Part shown: in pieces, positions 45,062 through 59,111 of the stretch
Position numbering within the stretch: position 1 is the first letter of the stretch
How the letters are laid out: every line of letters starts with the position of its first letter
Assembly (NCBI RefSeq): GCF_009914755.1
Contig: NC_060927.1
DNA: 64,000 nucleotides
Strand: one strand, 5' to 3'
From: the human T2T-CHM13v2.0 reference genome, Homo sapiens
Position numbers and translations under genes: made by a program
Notes under the pieces: model-generated
Told to the model about the DNA's origin: nothing
Database searches by the model: none
Seen by the model: the letters and a program-made list of their open reading frames with translations, nothing else

Positions 45062-45647
45062 TCTAGAACTGTGCTGTCCAGTAGGACTTTCTGTAACCAT
45101 AGAGAAGTTCCGTATCTACTGTCCAATAGGGTAGCCCCACACGTGGTTACTGAGCACTTGAAATGTGGCTAGTGTGACCAAGGAACTGAATTTTAATTAC
45201 AAAAATTGTATGGGGTACATGTACAATTTTGTTATATGCAAAGATTGCATAGTGATTAAGTCAGGGCTTTTAGGGTATCCATCATCTGAATAATGTACAC
45301 TGTATCCATTAACTAATTTCTCATCATCCATCCCCCTCTTACCTCATTACCCTTTCAAGTCTCCACTGTCCATAATTCCACTATGTCCATGTGTACACAT
45401 TTTTTAGCACCTAGTTATGAGTGATTTTCTGTGCCTGGCTTGTTCCACTTAAGATAATGACCTCCAGTTCTATCCGTGTTGCTGCAAAGATACAATTTCA
45501 TTCTTTTTATGGCTGAATAGTATTCCATTATGTATGTATATCACCTTTTCTTGATCCACTCATAGTATTTTAAATTTTATTTAATTTTAATGAATTAAAA
45601 TTAAGATACTGCACATGGTTAGTGGCTACGATATTGGACAGAGCAGG
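45062..45647. mobile_element. MER3 split by an L1MA 3' fragment (about 45200-45562, minus strand)
   Basis: MER3 'gagcacttgaaatgtggctagtgtgacc' and 'tagtggctacgatattggacagagcag' flank L1 'ggggtacatgtacaattttgtta...ggctgaatagtattccatt'. Confidence 0.82.
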
Positions 45648-45718
45648 TTTAGAAGAGGAGATGGTGTTGATGCAGATGAAATATTGACAACACATGACAT
45701 TGGACCAGCGGGGACGGC

Positions 45719-45735
45719 GGGGGGGGGGGGGGGGG
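45719..45735 (+). repeat. Poly(G)17
   Basis: Direct count. Confidence 0.95.
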
Positions 45736-46002
45736 TGTCCCAGTTGGGGTACAGGAAATGAGGGGAGGAAGACATCACTTCTGACCAGGCACTTCATGGA
45801 AGAGACACTGGGAAAGCTTAGCCCAAGGTGAGTAGGTTTTTGATAGCAGAAAATGGGACCAGTAAGGGAGAGCAAATTCCAGGCAGGGGAAGCCATGTGG
45901 TCAAAGACATAGGCAGGGACATAGGGAGACAGCAGGCCTGTCTGCATGGATGAAGGACAGGTCATAAGACAACAATACCAGACCATACAACAACTGTCAT
46001 TC

Positions 46003-47385
46003 TGAGAGATGACAGCGTGCTGGCAGTCCACACAGCCCTCTCTCCTTCTCGGCGCCTCCTCTGCCTGGGCTCCCACTTTGGCGGCACTTGAGGAGCCCTT
46101 CAGCCCCCCGCTGCACTGTGGGAGCCCCTTTCTGGGCTGGCCAAGGCCAAAGCCGGCTCCCTCAGCTTGTGGGGGGGTGTGGAGGGAGAGGCGCGGGCGG
46201 GAACCGGGGCTGCCCATGGCGCTTGCGGGCCAGCGCGAGTTCCGGGTGGGCGTGGGCTCGGCGGACCCCGCACTCCGAGCAGCCGGCTGGCCCCACCGGC
46301 CCGGGCAGTGAGGGGCTTAGCACCTGGGCCAGCAGCTGCTGTGCTCAGTTTCTCGCCGGGCCTTAGCTGCCTTCCCGCGGGGCAGCGCTCGGGACCTGCA
46401 GCCCACCATGCCTGGGCCTCCCCCAACCTCCATGTGCTCCTGTGCGGCCCGAGCCACCCTGACGAGCACCGCCCCCTGCTCCACGGCACCCAGTCCCATC
46501 CACCACCCAAGGGCTGAGGAGTGTGGGCACAGGGCCCGGGACTGGCAGGCAGCTCCACCTGCAGCCCCGGTGCAGGATCCACTGGGTGAAGGCAGCTGGG
46601 CTGTTGAGTCTGGTGGGGCCTTGGAGAACCTTTATGTCTAGCTCAGGGATTGTAAATACACCAATCGGCACTCTGCATCTACCTCAAGGTTTGTAAACAC
46701 ACCAATCAGCACCCTGTGTCTAGCTCAGGGTTTGTGAATGCACCAATCGACACTCTGTATCTAGCTACTCTGGTGGGGACTTGGAGAACCTTTGTGTTGA
46801 CACTCTGTATCTAGCTAATCTGGTGGGGAGGTGGAGAACCTTTGTGTCCAGCTCAGGGATTGTAAACACACCAATCAGCGCCCTGTGAAAACAGACCACT
46901 AGGCTCTACCAATCAGCAGGATGTGGGTGGCGCCAGATAGGAGAATAACAGCAGGCTGCCCCAGCCAGCAGTGGCAACTTGCTCAGGTCCCCTTCCACAC
47001 TGTGGAAACTTTGTTCTTTCGCTCTTTGCAATAAATCTTGCTACTGCTCACTCTTTGGGTCCACACTGCCTTTATGAGCTGTAACACTCACTGTGAAGGT
47101 CTGCAGCTTCACTCTTGAGGCCAGCGAGACCACGAACCCACCGGGAGGAAGGAGCAACTCCAGACGTGCCGCCTAAAGAGCTGTAACACCGCGAAGGTCC
47201 GCAGCTTCACTCCTGAGCCAGCGAGACCACGAACCCACCAAAAAGAACAAACTCCGAACACATCCGAACATCAGAAGGAACAAACTCCAGACACGCCACT
47301 TTTAAGAACTGTAACACTCACTGTGAGGGTCCGCAGCTTCATTCTTGAAGTCAGTGAGACCAAGAACCCACCAATTCCGGACACA
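46003..47385 (+). mobile_element. LTR12C-type (ERV9) solo LTR, full length
   Basis: Starts tgagagatgacagcgtgctggcagtcc and ends ccaattccggacaca; perfect 4-bp TSD attc; CpG-rich 5' part, about 41-bp CCAAT repeats, U5 tandem repeats. Confidence 0.96.
46661..46950 (+). promoter_or_regulatory. LTR12 U3 NF-Y (CCAAT) array and core promoter region
   Basis: CCAATC at 46661, 46702, 46743, 46871 and 46909; GATA/TATA-like region at 46935-46950. Confidence 0.7.
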
Positions 47386-47418
47386 ATTCCAACTAGGCAA
47401 TGTCAAAACTAGTTACTC

Positions 47419-47682
47419 TTGGGAGTCCGAGGCAGGTGGATCATGAGGTTAAGAGTTCAAGACCAGCCTGGCAAAGATGGTGAAACCCCGTATCTACTAA
47501 AAATACAAAAATTAGCCAGGTATGGTGGTGGGCGCCTGTAATCCCAGCTACTCGGGAGGCTGAGGCAGAGAATTGCTTAAAGCTGGGAGGCAGAGGTTGC
47601 AGTGAGCCGAGATCGTGCCACTGCACTCTAGCCTGGGCGACAGAAGGAGACTCTGTCTCAAAAACAAACAAACAAACAAAAA
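47419..47682 (+). mobile_element. Alu (S-type), 5'-truncated by about 35 nt
   Basis: Begins at 'ttgggag'; TSD ctagttactc on both sides. Confidence 0.93.
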
Positions 47683-50185
47683 ACCTAGTTACTCGACAAC
47701 ATACCTGCTGTAAGCCCTGGACACTCAGACATGAAGTGGAGAGAAGTGACTTGGAAAATTTAAAAAGTGCTATTTTATGGGACAAATTCTTACTGAATCC
47801 ACCAGAAAGTGGTAGATGTGGGTCTTGAACTCAGGTCTGTGTGACTTGAAGCACAGTGTTTTCCACTGTACCCCGTGAAGGCACCAAGTCTGTGTGTGGG
47901 CACAGAAGTTGTAGAATCTACTATGAGAAGTTGGAAAAGCACTAAATACAAATTTTGACAATTTGACAATTTGCCTCAGGCTGCTCTGGTTTCTGGAAAC
48001 CAGTTAATGATGGGATGATGTGGTAGAAAATATTAATGAGGATAACTGGTACTACAAAACTCCCACAGACACTCAGACATTGCCTCAAACTTTCCCTAGA
48101 AATCTACAAATTATTGTGACTATACGAAGCAGTACTTATTTATTAGCTGCTGAGGCTGGACTAACGGTGGCAATTGCTTTGGGGATTTCACTACCAGGAG
48201 ACAGAGAATCTCCACATAGGAAACCTGAGGTTTGCAATGGGGTTTGCTGCTGGAGCAAGAAACATTTATCTTCTAACATGAGGAACATCTGCAAGGTATG
48301 CCAAATTGCAGTGTTCACTGAAGACACGTAGAGGACGGTCAATAAGGTGAAAATTTCTCATGACAAAAGGAAATCATCTTGTGCAAACCAAAAGTTTCTC
48401 AGTTTTGGTTAGTGGCTAGAATCCAGGATTCTTATGTAACTCTGGGAAACAACAATGGACCCCCAAACAGGTAGATTTTTGAAGCTGTGTATCTTAGAAT
48501 GTTTAGCAACATTTTAATTGTTTCCATTTTATTTATCGAAGAGAGATTCCCTCTTCGATAACTAAGATGGAAACAAAAATTTGATAGTCTCTGGGCTATT
48601 AATCTTGAAAGGAAGAAAAAAATCACGAGATGTCTCAAAGTAAATATTTGGATGTTAAAAAAGAGAAAGAGATACAAACTTTGAATACATCTTTGAAAAC
48701 TGAGCACACTGCTCCTGAAAGTTATCCCATAGAAGAGTTAAAAAACCAGAAAAACAGGAGCTTTCAATGGCATAATCAATCTGTGGATAGCTTAATTCAT
48801 GATTTTAGTCATGTGATATTAATACAAAATTTCATAACTTAAAGGAAAATTTCAAAGTTAGCTTGTAGGTCTCCACTCCTTTAGGACTTAAGGTCTGTAG
48901 AGTTTTACTCTAACTAGAACCTACGGCAAGAACTCTAGGTAACAAGGTGGTCATTTTTTTACCTCCCCGGTTTGTAAAACCCTCAGTCCCTTTCATTTCT
49001 CAGACACTTTGGATTAAACAAGATGTGTTTTCAAACTACTTTGTCTCTTAATTTTTAAACCCTTGTTTATTTTAACTTAAATTTAATCCACATGTTTCTG
49101 ATTCATTTACACTTAACTCATCAAAATGCTGTTTCATAAAAAGCTCTTTGATGTTCAAGTTGCCTTTGCAGCTATTTTTAATAAGGTTTTTTTTTTTTTT
49201 AAAGCTTCCCTACTTAGAAACAGAAAGTTCCATTTCATTGCTATTTAATAACTAGGGGTCCACAGTGTTGGGTTCAGTTCATTATTTAAATAAAATAATG
49301 TATGTAAAACGCTTCATAAATTCTAAAGCAATTGCTGCCTGTTAGTGATTACAGCTGCTATTGTTATTGCAACCATGCAGAGGGGCATACGGAGGATCGA
49401 GGTTTCTTCTTCCCCAAGTTCGCTGAACTAGAACATCTTGTAGCTCTGTTTCCTTTATAACATTTTCTTATTCTAGGACTTTCTCATTCTTAGTAACAAG
49501 TACAATAAACACATCAAATGACTGGTAAAATAATAAAAAAATTATGTCAGCTTGAGAGCCACCCACACACAAATTGAACCCCTTTTAGTTGAGGTCTCAC
49601 TTGGACCTATAGGCTGACCCTCAGTGGGGCTGCGTGTCCAGTTGCCTGTCATTGACTTCGGGGTCAGGGGCTTCTCAGTGTATTATTTGCATGAATTGAT
49701 AGACTTTGACAGAAAAATGATTCACTCAAAGGGAAGCTTTGTAAGCAGGCACTGGGGCAGGAGTTGGGGGTGGATAAGCAGGCAAGGTGGGGTCTGTTCC
49801 TCAGCCCCATGTATGCATTCCAAGTCTTGTGGAGAGCTGCATGGAAAAGCTGCAGCTGTTTGCAAGGGGGGCTCTGGGAGATGTGGGCACATAAGGCGCT
49901 GCTTAGGATCATCAGGCAGTGTGAGGTAGTAGAACATTCTGCTAGTTCTGGGTAGAACTCAGCCCTGCCCTGGCCTTACAGGAATCCCTATACGTTGATG
50001 AGAGTGTCTGGTGGAATAGTGGGGCAAGGGTGGCTGAGATTCTGTTTCCTGGCAGGACATGGCAGAGAAGTTTTGGCAATATCCTCTTTTGGCAATAACC
50101 AATTGCCTGTATGATTATCACCCAGTTAAAGCTGGTTTAAGTGCATATGAGCCTCCCTGGGGTTCCCAGAAACACTTTGGGATAT

Positions 50186-50238
50186 ATGTGTGTGTGTGTG
50201 TGTGCGCGTGTATGTGTATGTGTGCACACGCACGCATA
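50186..50238. repeat. Imperfect (TG)n/(CA)n alternating purine-pyrimidine tract
   Basis: Direct reading. Confidence 0.85.
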
Positions 50239-52224
50239 TGAAGAGGAGGGGTTCCCATGTGTCTCTCTGACCCCATTCCTCACTGGAATGTGCTGAGGCC
50301 CGAGGCCATTCAGGTTACATGTGAACATAGCAAAACGGCCATTCTGTTGCTCTGTGCTCACAGTTGTGCGGAAGGCCTCCGTTGCTCTCACACAAGTGAA
50401 CAGGAGTGCTTTGTCTCCTGGAAGCTGACCCTGATCCTGTGTGTGAAGCATAGACTTTCAGCTTTTGCATGCTCTCCCCATGGCCCGGACTGCCACACAC
50501 CAGGCTGCCTTGAGGAATTTGGAACCAAACATGAAAAGTCTTTCTCAACAATAGAGGGAACATTGCTTTGCCCTTTCACACATCAGTCTTTCCTGGTGAA
50601 TGGCTTCCCGGCCTTCTGATTCTTGCCGTATGGAACAATTGGCCTGTTCAGTTAACTTGCCAGCAGTAATCAGTTATTTTCTCCTCGCCATATATTTCAA
50701 CCATTCTTTTTGGAGGAGAAAGAAATTAAAGAAACAAAGGGAAGTGGCTATAAAGAACAGAACTGTCAGAATAGCAAGTGTTTGAGTAATTTGTTGGGTC
50801 CTTGGTTTAGGGTTGATTGATTTTAGCACTAATTTTGGTTTGGAGTATTTCTTGGGACAAAGAAACCCTATTTTAAACTGCATCTCCATTGAAGATTGTG
50901 ATTACCAGAGGGGAAATGCTGTGTAACGGAGGTCTTGTTATAATTCCATAACCTAATTGATTATTTTCCCTTCTTTTTTTAGAATTCAGATGTCTGTTTG
51001 GCTATCTCTCTTTTCATGAAATAAGCCAGATCTTTGACAACACCCACTGAACTCAGTCCATGACAGATATTGCCCAAAAAACCACCTGGTCCAGCAAAAC
51101 TGTAATAACTGCTCTGCGGCTCAGTCCACTGGGTCTCTTTCGAAAAAGGGGGAAGAAGTCCCCAAATGACTGATGTTCTTAGGTCCAGCCACAGTTTTTC
51201 ATTGTTCTCAAAGCACCTGGTATAACCTGCTTGCTTTCAATTCTTCTGAGAGCCTGAGGATTTGAAATGAAAAGAGAAAATAGAATCCCCTAAGTCCACG
51301 GGCAAGGCAATATGCTCTTATAAAGAAAACACGGAACATTTCCGAACATGTGGTCCGCTCAGCTGCCCTCGTCAGGGTCAGATTTATGTATTTGCTCTGC
51401 AATCAAGATTTTTGTACACCAGGCACAATACCTTGGGGTATTTACAGTGTAAGCTATTTTGCTAAAGCAAACAGCTGCACCGAGGCTCAGTAAACCCCCC
51501 TGTCCCCAGACACAGGAGCCAGAACCTTCTCGGGTTAGCAGGTGTGTGTCCTAACTAGGAGGAGGTGAAATTTCTTTGGGCCTGACTCCCCGAATGTCTG
51601 AACATTTTCCCTTTCTCCAGGATGTGATCTGATGACTTCCGAAAGCATTTGAAAAGGAGATTCTTTGCTTATTTTCCCCTTGATAAGAACAACCAAAAAG
51701 GGTACAGTTATTACAATCTGAGGGGAAGGGCTGGGTTGCTTTAAGAGGAAGCTGTAGATAAAGTCTGAGCTGTGACAAAGGCACTTTATCATCATCTTCT
51801 TTTTCTGTTTTTTAGTTCCCTCCCTCTTTTCTGGCAGAGAGGGTGGAGGCCATGGTCACGAGCAGGAATTTAAAAGGGAAACGGAAGGCAAAAAGCAGGA
51901 GACTGCTTTTACCCCATGGAATCTCAATGGTCATTTTTGCTTGTGAGAGACTCCTTGCTGGCTTCCATCAGTGGGAAGGACAAAATCACCCGCATATCTA
52001 CAGACAGGACTTTAAAAAACAGAGGTGGAATAAGAGGGTGGAGTGATGTATCTATTTATTCATCCAACAAATATATATTAAGTGCCCACTGGTCTTGGGG
52101 CTGAGATTACTGTGGTAATGGGGTTGGACATCATCTCTGCAAGAGACCAAAGATGTCTCCCTCACTAGCTAACTGCAAAATTTCCACAATTTCAACCATT
52201 TTTTACCCTGGTCTGTCCTCCTGC

Positions 52225-52580
52225 CTTATTCTTCAAAGCTAGCAGTGTAGTATCTTCAAATCATTCTCTGCTTTTAAAAACTTTTATTTTTTGTAGAGAT
52301 GGCGTTTCACTATGTTGCCCAGGCTGGTCTCAAACTCCAGGCCTCAAGCAATCCTCCCACCTCATCCTCCCCAAAAAGCTCGGATTACCAGCATGACCTA
52401 CCTGCACCAGCCTCCTACATCCCTCTAATAAGGACTCTTGTGATGACATTAGGTCCATCCACATAATCTGGGACAATCTCCTCATCTCAAGATTCTTGAT
52501 AATATTTGCAAAATCTCTTTTACCATTTAAGATAACATATTCACAGGTTCTGGGAATATGACATATGCATCTTGGAAGCC
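52225..52580 (-). mobile_element. MaLR LTR fragment containing a FLAM-type Alu monomer (52282-52411)
   Basis: 'taaggactcttgtgatgacattagg...ataatctgggacaatctcctcatctcaagattctt...atattcacaggttctggg'. Confidence 0.75.
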
Positions 52581-52649
52581 ACTCCTCAGGTCACCAAAAT
52601 TCCATTTTGAGATATTTACCAAGTGGATCCTTAATATATAAACAAAACA

Positions 52650-52941
52650 GGCCAGGTGCAGTGGCTCATGCCTGTAATCCCAGCACTTTGGGAGGCCCAG
52701 GAGGGTGGATAGCTTGAGGTCAGGAATTCGAGACCAGCCTGACCAACATGGCAAAACCCCGTCTCTACTAATAATACAAAAATTAGCCAGATGTGGTGAT
52801 GTGTGCCTATAAACTCAGTTACTCAGGAGGCTGAGGCACGAGAATCGCTTGAACCCAGGAGGTGAGGCTGCAGTGAGCCGAGATCGCACCCTACACTCCA
52901 GCCTGGGTGACAGAGAGAAACTCTGTTTCAAAAAAAAAAAA
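52650..52941 (+). mobile_element. Alu (S-type)
   Basis: Full dimer; TSD aacaaaaca. Confidence 0.95.
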
Positions 52942-53249
52942 GCCAACAAAACAAAACATGACTATTAAAATTTATAAGAGTATATATTAAGTTGAATGCA
53001 GATATATCTTTTTTACTCATTTCATCAACAAATATTCCTAAATATCTATATGCAAAGCTTTGCCCAATCTTTCCATTGTCAGCTCAAGAAGAGCTCTTCC
53101 TTGATGTTATTTTCTCTACCTTCCTCACAAGGATTGATTCCCCCTTCTCAGCATCTATATAGAGTCTGGCCCAGAGCTGGAACTCCATAACTGTTGACTG
53201 ACATTATTTCAATGACATTTCCATGTTTTTTCTACCAGCCTCTAAGCCA

Positions 53250-53535
53250 CCATTCCTTAAAGCACGTTTCACAAAACACTTGTCTCATGAGATTACATCA
53301 CATACAAACAGTTCTATGGTCAAAACATTTCAGGAAACACTACATATTTTACTCTCTCTATTGGAGATTTGCAGTAGTGTGCATTAGCTTATTAAAGACT
53401 CTGACAAGTCCTGTGTGTGGCATGGGGTAGGAGTGGGAAGAGGTAATTTAACATGGCATTTTCCAGATTTACTTGCCAGTGGAATTCCTTTTCCTATAAA
53501 ATCGATTAACATCACGTTTTGAAAAATATTGCTCT
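53250..53535. mobile_element. hAT-Charlie MITE remnant (MER103/Charlie4z-like)
   Basis: 'gttctatggtcaaaacatttcaggaaacac...aaagactctgacaagtcctg...gcattttccagatttacttg'. Confidence 0.55.
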
Positions 53536-54394
53536 AGGGTCCTTGGGGCAAGAACCAAATTGTGTCCTTCTTTGTATCTTTTGTGGCTGGCGTGTCCCTG
53601 GGATACTGTAGGTGCTTCATAAACACATGTTGAATGAATGCATTAAACAAGAGGAAAACCAAGTTGATAAGGCAAGGTTACTTCTCTCAAGTTGCTAAAA
53701 ATGAATAAGACATATGTGTAAATAATTATTTATACTACTAGATAAATTACAAAGTGATCTAAGCTAGGATTGTTAATAAGGAGAAAATCAAATCCAAATG
53801 CTGAAAACCAACCTAAGAATTAAACAGAACTAGGCCAGGTTACTCAAGCCACCCTTTGAACTTTGTGGACTGCCCTCTTTCAGAAAGGAACAAAGAAAAT
53901 TAGATCTGTGTAGCACAGAGCAGAACAGAAAGGAATAGCTGTCTTCAGATAAAAAATGAAAATTGTTATAGAAAAGATTAAGCTAGGATTAAAACTCCAA
54001 GTCAGGTCTCTATTGCACCCCGAGTGATGGCTGAGAACCCAGTACTCATGTCCAATTGTGTCTGTGAACCGCAGGCAGTCAGTTTGAGGGAGTGAACCCA
54101 TAGCTGGCTGCCAAATGTTGGGCATGAATTTTCCAATCCAAGCCACCATTATTTATCAGAAATGAAGGTTCTCTTGACACAGGAAGCAGGAATGGTCTTG
54201 CTTTGAGATGACGCCAAAGGCCAGGGCAATCATGGATGAACCAGCCATTCCAGCAGCTGCTCCACGCTTTGCTGGGTTCCCCTGTTGGTTGAATCTAAGA
54301 GCTAATTCATCCCAGGTCATGAAGTGGCAGCAGGCAATCTTTCCTATGTGTTCTGCCAAAGTCACTAGTTCAAGCAAGAAGAGAAAAAAGGTGG

Positions 54395-54615
54395 TATAGC
54401 TCCATTGAAGAGGCAAAAGATTTGGGGACCACCAGAAAGATTTGGATTTGAATACTGGCTTTGTCATCCGTGACTGTATGCAAGTTACTTAACTTCTATG
54501 AGCCCATGCCTTCAGTTGAGAAATTTGAATATACCTCTGCATAGGGTTGTTTTAAGTCCTAGAAGTAAAGTTTACAAAGCGTATGAAGTGTATGTAGTAG
54601 TTATTCAATAAACAA
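54395..54615 (+). mobile_element. MIR
   Basis: 'ggatttgaatactggcttt...caagttacttaacttctatgagcc'. Confidence 0.65.
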
Positions 54616-54972
54616 TAGTAGGATAGCATTTATAATTAATAATGCTTATCAGTAATATAAAATATGATATTAACATAAAATGTTATAATAAAATATGAGT
54701 AAAGGATACATTTATAATAAATAATATTTTATCAGTAAAAAAATGGCAGAATAAAATTTGAGTAACTAATTTTGTTTTCTTATACCTCTTTCAGGATTTC
54801 TTTTTATTTTATAATTTTGCTCAGTATTTGGGAAGTTGTTCATTCTGGGCTTATTGCCTCAGGGAATAGATGAAGTAGCAGGAAAGCAAAGAAGAAAGAA
54901 CCTCTTTCGGACTTTGAGTTTCAAAAGTCAGACAATGAAGGAATAAAAAGGAAGACTCATGATATAGACTTG

Positions 54973-55614
54973 GACTGCCCAACATGGTAGCCACCAGCTA
55001 GGTATGGCCATTGAGTGCCTGAAATATGGTTAGTCTGTGTGCTGTAGGTATAAAACACACACCAGATTTCAAAGACTTAGTGCAAAAGAGAATGTAAAGC
55101 ACTTAATTACCGGTATAGCTGAATGTTCGAGTCCCCCCCAAAATTCACTTGTTGAAACCTAACCCCCAGTGTGATGGTATTAGGAGGTGGGCCTTTGGGA
55201 GGTGATTAGGTCATCAGGATGGAGCTCTCATGTATGGGATTAGTATCTTTGTTAAAGAAATTCCAGAGAGTTTCTGTGCCCTTCTGCCACTTATGAACCA
55301 AGAATCTGTCCCTCACCAGATACCCCTGCCAGTGCCTTGATCTTAGACTTCCAGCCTACGGAGCTATCAGAAATAAATTTTTGTGATTCATAAGCCACCT
55401 GCGTTATGCCATTTAGTTATAGGAGCCTGAATGAGTTAAAATAATTATTAATTTTTAAAACTGATTACACATTGAAATGAAAATATTTTGAGTTAAGTAA
55501 AATGTATTATTACAATTAATTTTATCTGCTTGCTTTCTTCTAAATGTAGCTACAGAGAATAAACATATGTAGTTTACGACTATAGCCACATTATATCTCT
55601 TTGGAACATCACTG
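54973..55614. mobile_element. MER33 split by a MaLR LTR
   Basis: 'gtgctgtaggtataaaacacacaccagatttcaaagacttagt' and 'gattacacattgaaatgaaaatattttg...ttggaacatcactg'. Confidence 0.82.
55111..55443 (+). mobile_element. MaLR solo LTR (MLT1A/MST-like)
   Basis: 'cccccaaaattcacttgttgaaacctaacccccagtgtgatggtattaggaggtgg...cttgatcttagacttccagcct'. Confidence 0.85.
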
Positions 55615-55730
55615 GCCAAGACAATGAAGGAATAGAAAAGACTTACGGTATAGACAATTAATCTAGCTGAAAACACAGTCAGTCTGAGCAAGGTTTCTTG
55701 CTCCTAAAATTAGAAAAGAACTCCTGGACT

Positions 55731-55799
55731 GGGTGAGGAGGGTCAAAGGCATAACGTGAGAGCTAAGACGCAGGTTCATTCTTGTGACCTGCATGACCC
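55731..55799. promoter_or_regulatory. Candidate nuclear-receptor response cluster: two DR3 elements plus an extra half-site
   Basis: GGGTGA-gga-GGGTCA at 55731-55745 (+); GGTTCA at 55773-55778; GGGTCA-tgc-AGGTCA at 55785-55799 (-); motif evidence only. Confidence 0.55.
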
Positions 55800-56055
55800 T
55801 TAACTCTCTAGCCTTATCCCTGGAGAGGAGATGGCGTTTTCCCCAGATAAGGTTTTGGGATCAGAGGGAAAGGTACTTGTGCCTCCTGTGCCAGGCAGAG
55901 TTCTGATGAGGCAGCAAGATTCCAGAAGAGAGGACTGTATGGTCATCCCAGCAAACCAGGCCTTAACAGCGTCATTACATTTCCCACGCTGCAGGAGAAG
56001 AATTTCTACACATCCCCAGAGTGGCACAGACATAGCAGAGCAACTACTAGATTTA

Positions 56056-56367
<312 letters not shown>

Positions 56368-56391
56368 GAAGCTTCGCAGATAGGATCAGGG

Positions 56392-56403
56392 GCTGACTCA
56401 GCA
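56392..56403. promoter_or_regulatory. Candidate MARE/ARE (Maf, NF-E2, NRF2, AP-1) site
   Basis: GCTGACTCAGCA; 12/13 match to the T-MARE TGCTGACTCAGCA. Confidence 0.45.
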
Positions 56404-56462
56404 GAAATCTGAACAGACTGACAACCTAAGAAGATAAAGGATGATGGGAGTCTCTGTGCAAA

Positions 56463-56909
56463 TTGCCTTAGGTCAAATTCCCTAGAAACAGAGCCCAAGA
56501 TGGGGATTCTTGTGAAAGTGACTGCTTGAGGTAGTGTACGCAGGAGAAACCTGAAAGAGAGGAAAGCAAACAGAATAGGGCAGGGGAAGAAATTAGGCAG
56601 AGACATGGCTTCAGGAGTAAAGCAGCCTCTGCCTGATCCCATGGAGAACCCTGCAGTGTGAAGTTGCATCACAGAATTTGTTCCATCTTGAGGCACGAAG
56701 GCCGAGCTTTAATGCTGCTCCGTCCATCATTAGTTACAGAGGGACCTGAAGGGGCCGTTTTCATCATCTTCCAGGCTTTTCTAAGAGAAGTGGCTCCACT
56801 CAGCGGAGGACAATACTCCTGAGAATGATGCAAACCTTCAGCAGCCAGGGGATGAGAGCAGGAGTCTGGGGAAAGAGGACTGTGCTGAGCACCCACAGCA
56901 TCTGCCACA
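56463..56909 (-). mobile_element. ERVL solo LTR (LTR16/LTR33 group)
   Basis: 'ttaggtcaaattccctagaaacagagcccaagatggggattcttgtg...cagcatctgccaca'. Confidence 0.75.
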
Positions 56910-57232
56910 TGGAGAGGATTCAGCGGGAGAGTACATGAACCCCCTTCCATTGCCTTGGCACAACGGAAGTCTCATCCTTGGCATTGAGCAACAACTCTCG
57001 GGAAAGAGGGAAGATCCTAAGTCAGTAGAAATTAATTTTTTCCCATCTTTGTTGATAGGAGACTTGATATAGTACTTAAGGCAAAGAATTGAAAAATAAA
57101 ATTTTATTTCTTACGTACCTGAATTATAGATTGAGATTCACTCTTTATTATACAGCAAGCTAAATAAAGGTGGGTACAAGATGTATATGAGAAAAAAAGA
57201 ATGTCCAATGGCAAATATATATGATTTTCTTA

Positions 57233-57631
<399 letters not shown>

Positions 57632-58094
57632 TTACACATTCTAGTGGTTACATGATGCAATGTCCAGGTGGATATTAAATGGACTGTGACGAACCTGGAA
57701 TGATGGTACTGACACTGTAAATATCTCATTAACAGATTGCCCCAACCTGTAAAAAAGAAAGCTTTTACTGACTTATTCATGTGGTCACCGTATTTGCTAG
57801 AGAATTTTACACACATTTAGATGTGTTTAATTCAAGGGAAAAGCAATCATCCGGACTAGAGGAAGTTGCCAATAGCTCACGGGACTAAAATTTTTCATGT
57901 GTGTCGTTTAACATGGGTCCACGTAACAGGTTTTTCCTATCTGTATTTGACAGATTAATTAAATCAATTCCAGTTTACATTTTTTATCCTATTCTAATTT
58001 AGAAACCATCAGCTAAGACTTAGAAAGCTCAAAAAAAAAATCAAAAACAATAAAAGGCCAAACTCCTAAGTGTATGTAAAGAAAATACAAATTT

Positions 58095-58480
<386 letters not shown>

Positions 58481-58769
58481 CTACTTTTCCCTTAATTTGA
58501 TTTAGAACTCATATGCAGTCTGTACTATGATGTTCTTGACTACTTGCTGTACAATTTATCTTATTCTATCAGGTCATTCGCTTACTTAACTCAATGAATA
58601 TTTCTTGGGTATCTACCACATGCCAGGTGCTGTGCTAGGCAGCAAGGATCCAATGGTGTACAAAACAGGTCCTGCTCTGGTCTTCATGAAACTTATAATA
58701 GGTACTTGGTCATCAACTGGGCTAACAGAAGACATCAGATCTATATATTTAACCTGGTTTCTTTCTGTC

Positions 58770-59111
<342 letters not shown>

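Noticed and set aside
45570-46671. Several overlapping ORFs of 60-215 aa
   Set aside because: Stop-poor GC-rich LTR12C sequence
46590-47385. Regularly spaced repeats of about 41 bp and 70 bp, superficially like a CRISPR array
   Set aside because: Intrinsic U3 and U5 tandem repeats of LTR12; no unique spacers, no cas genes, eukaryotic context
49040-49240. 3'-UTR-like AT-rich segment with a minus-strand AATAAA, possibly a retrocopy fragment
   Set aside because: No parent gene, poly(A) tail or TSD that I could identify; needs BLAST
51333-51352. GAACATTTCC-GAACATGTGG as a p53 site
   Set aside because: The first half lacks the CWWG core and the second has a poor 3' flank
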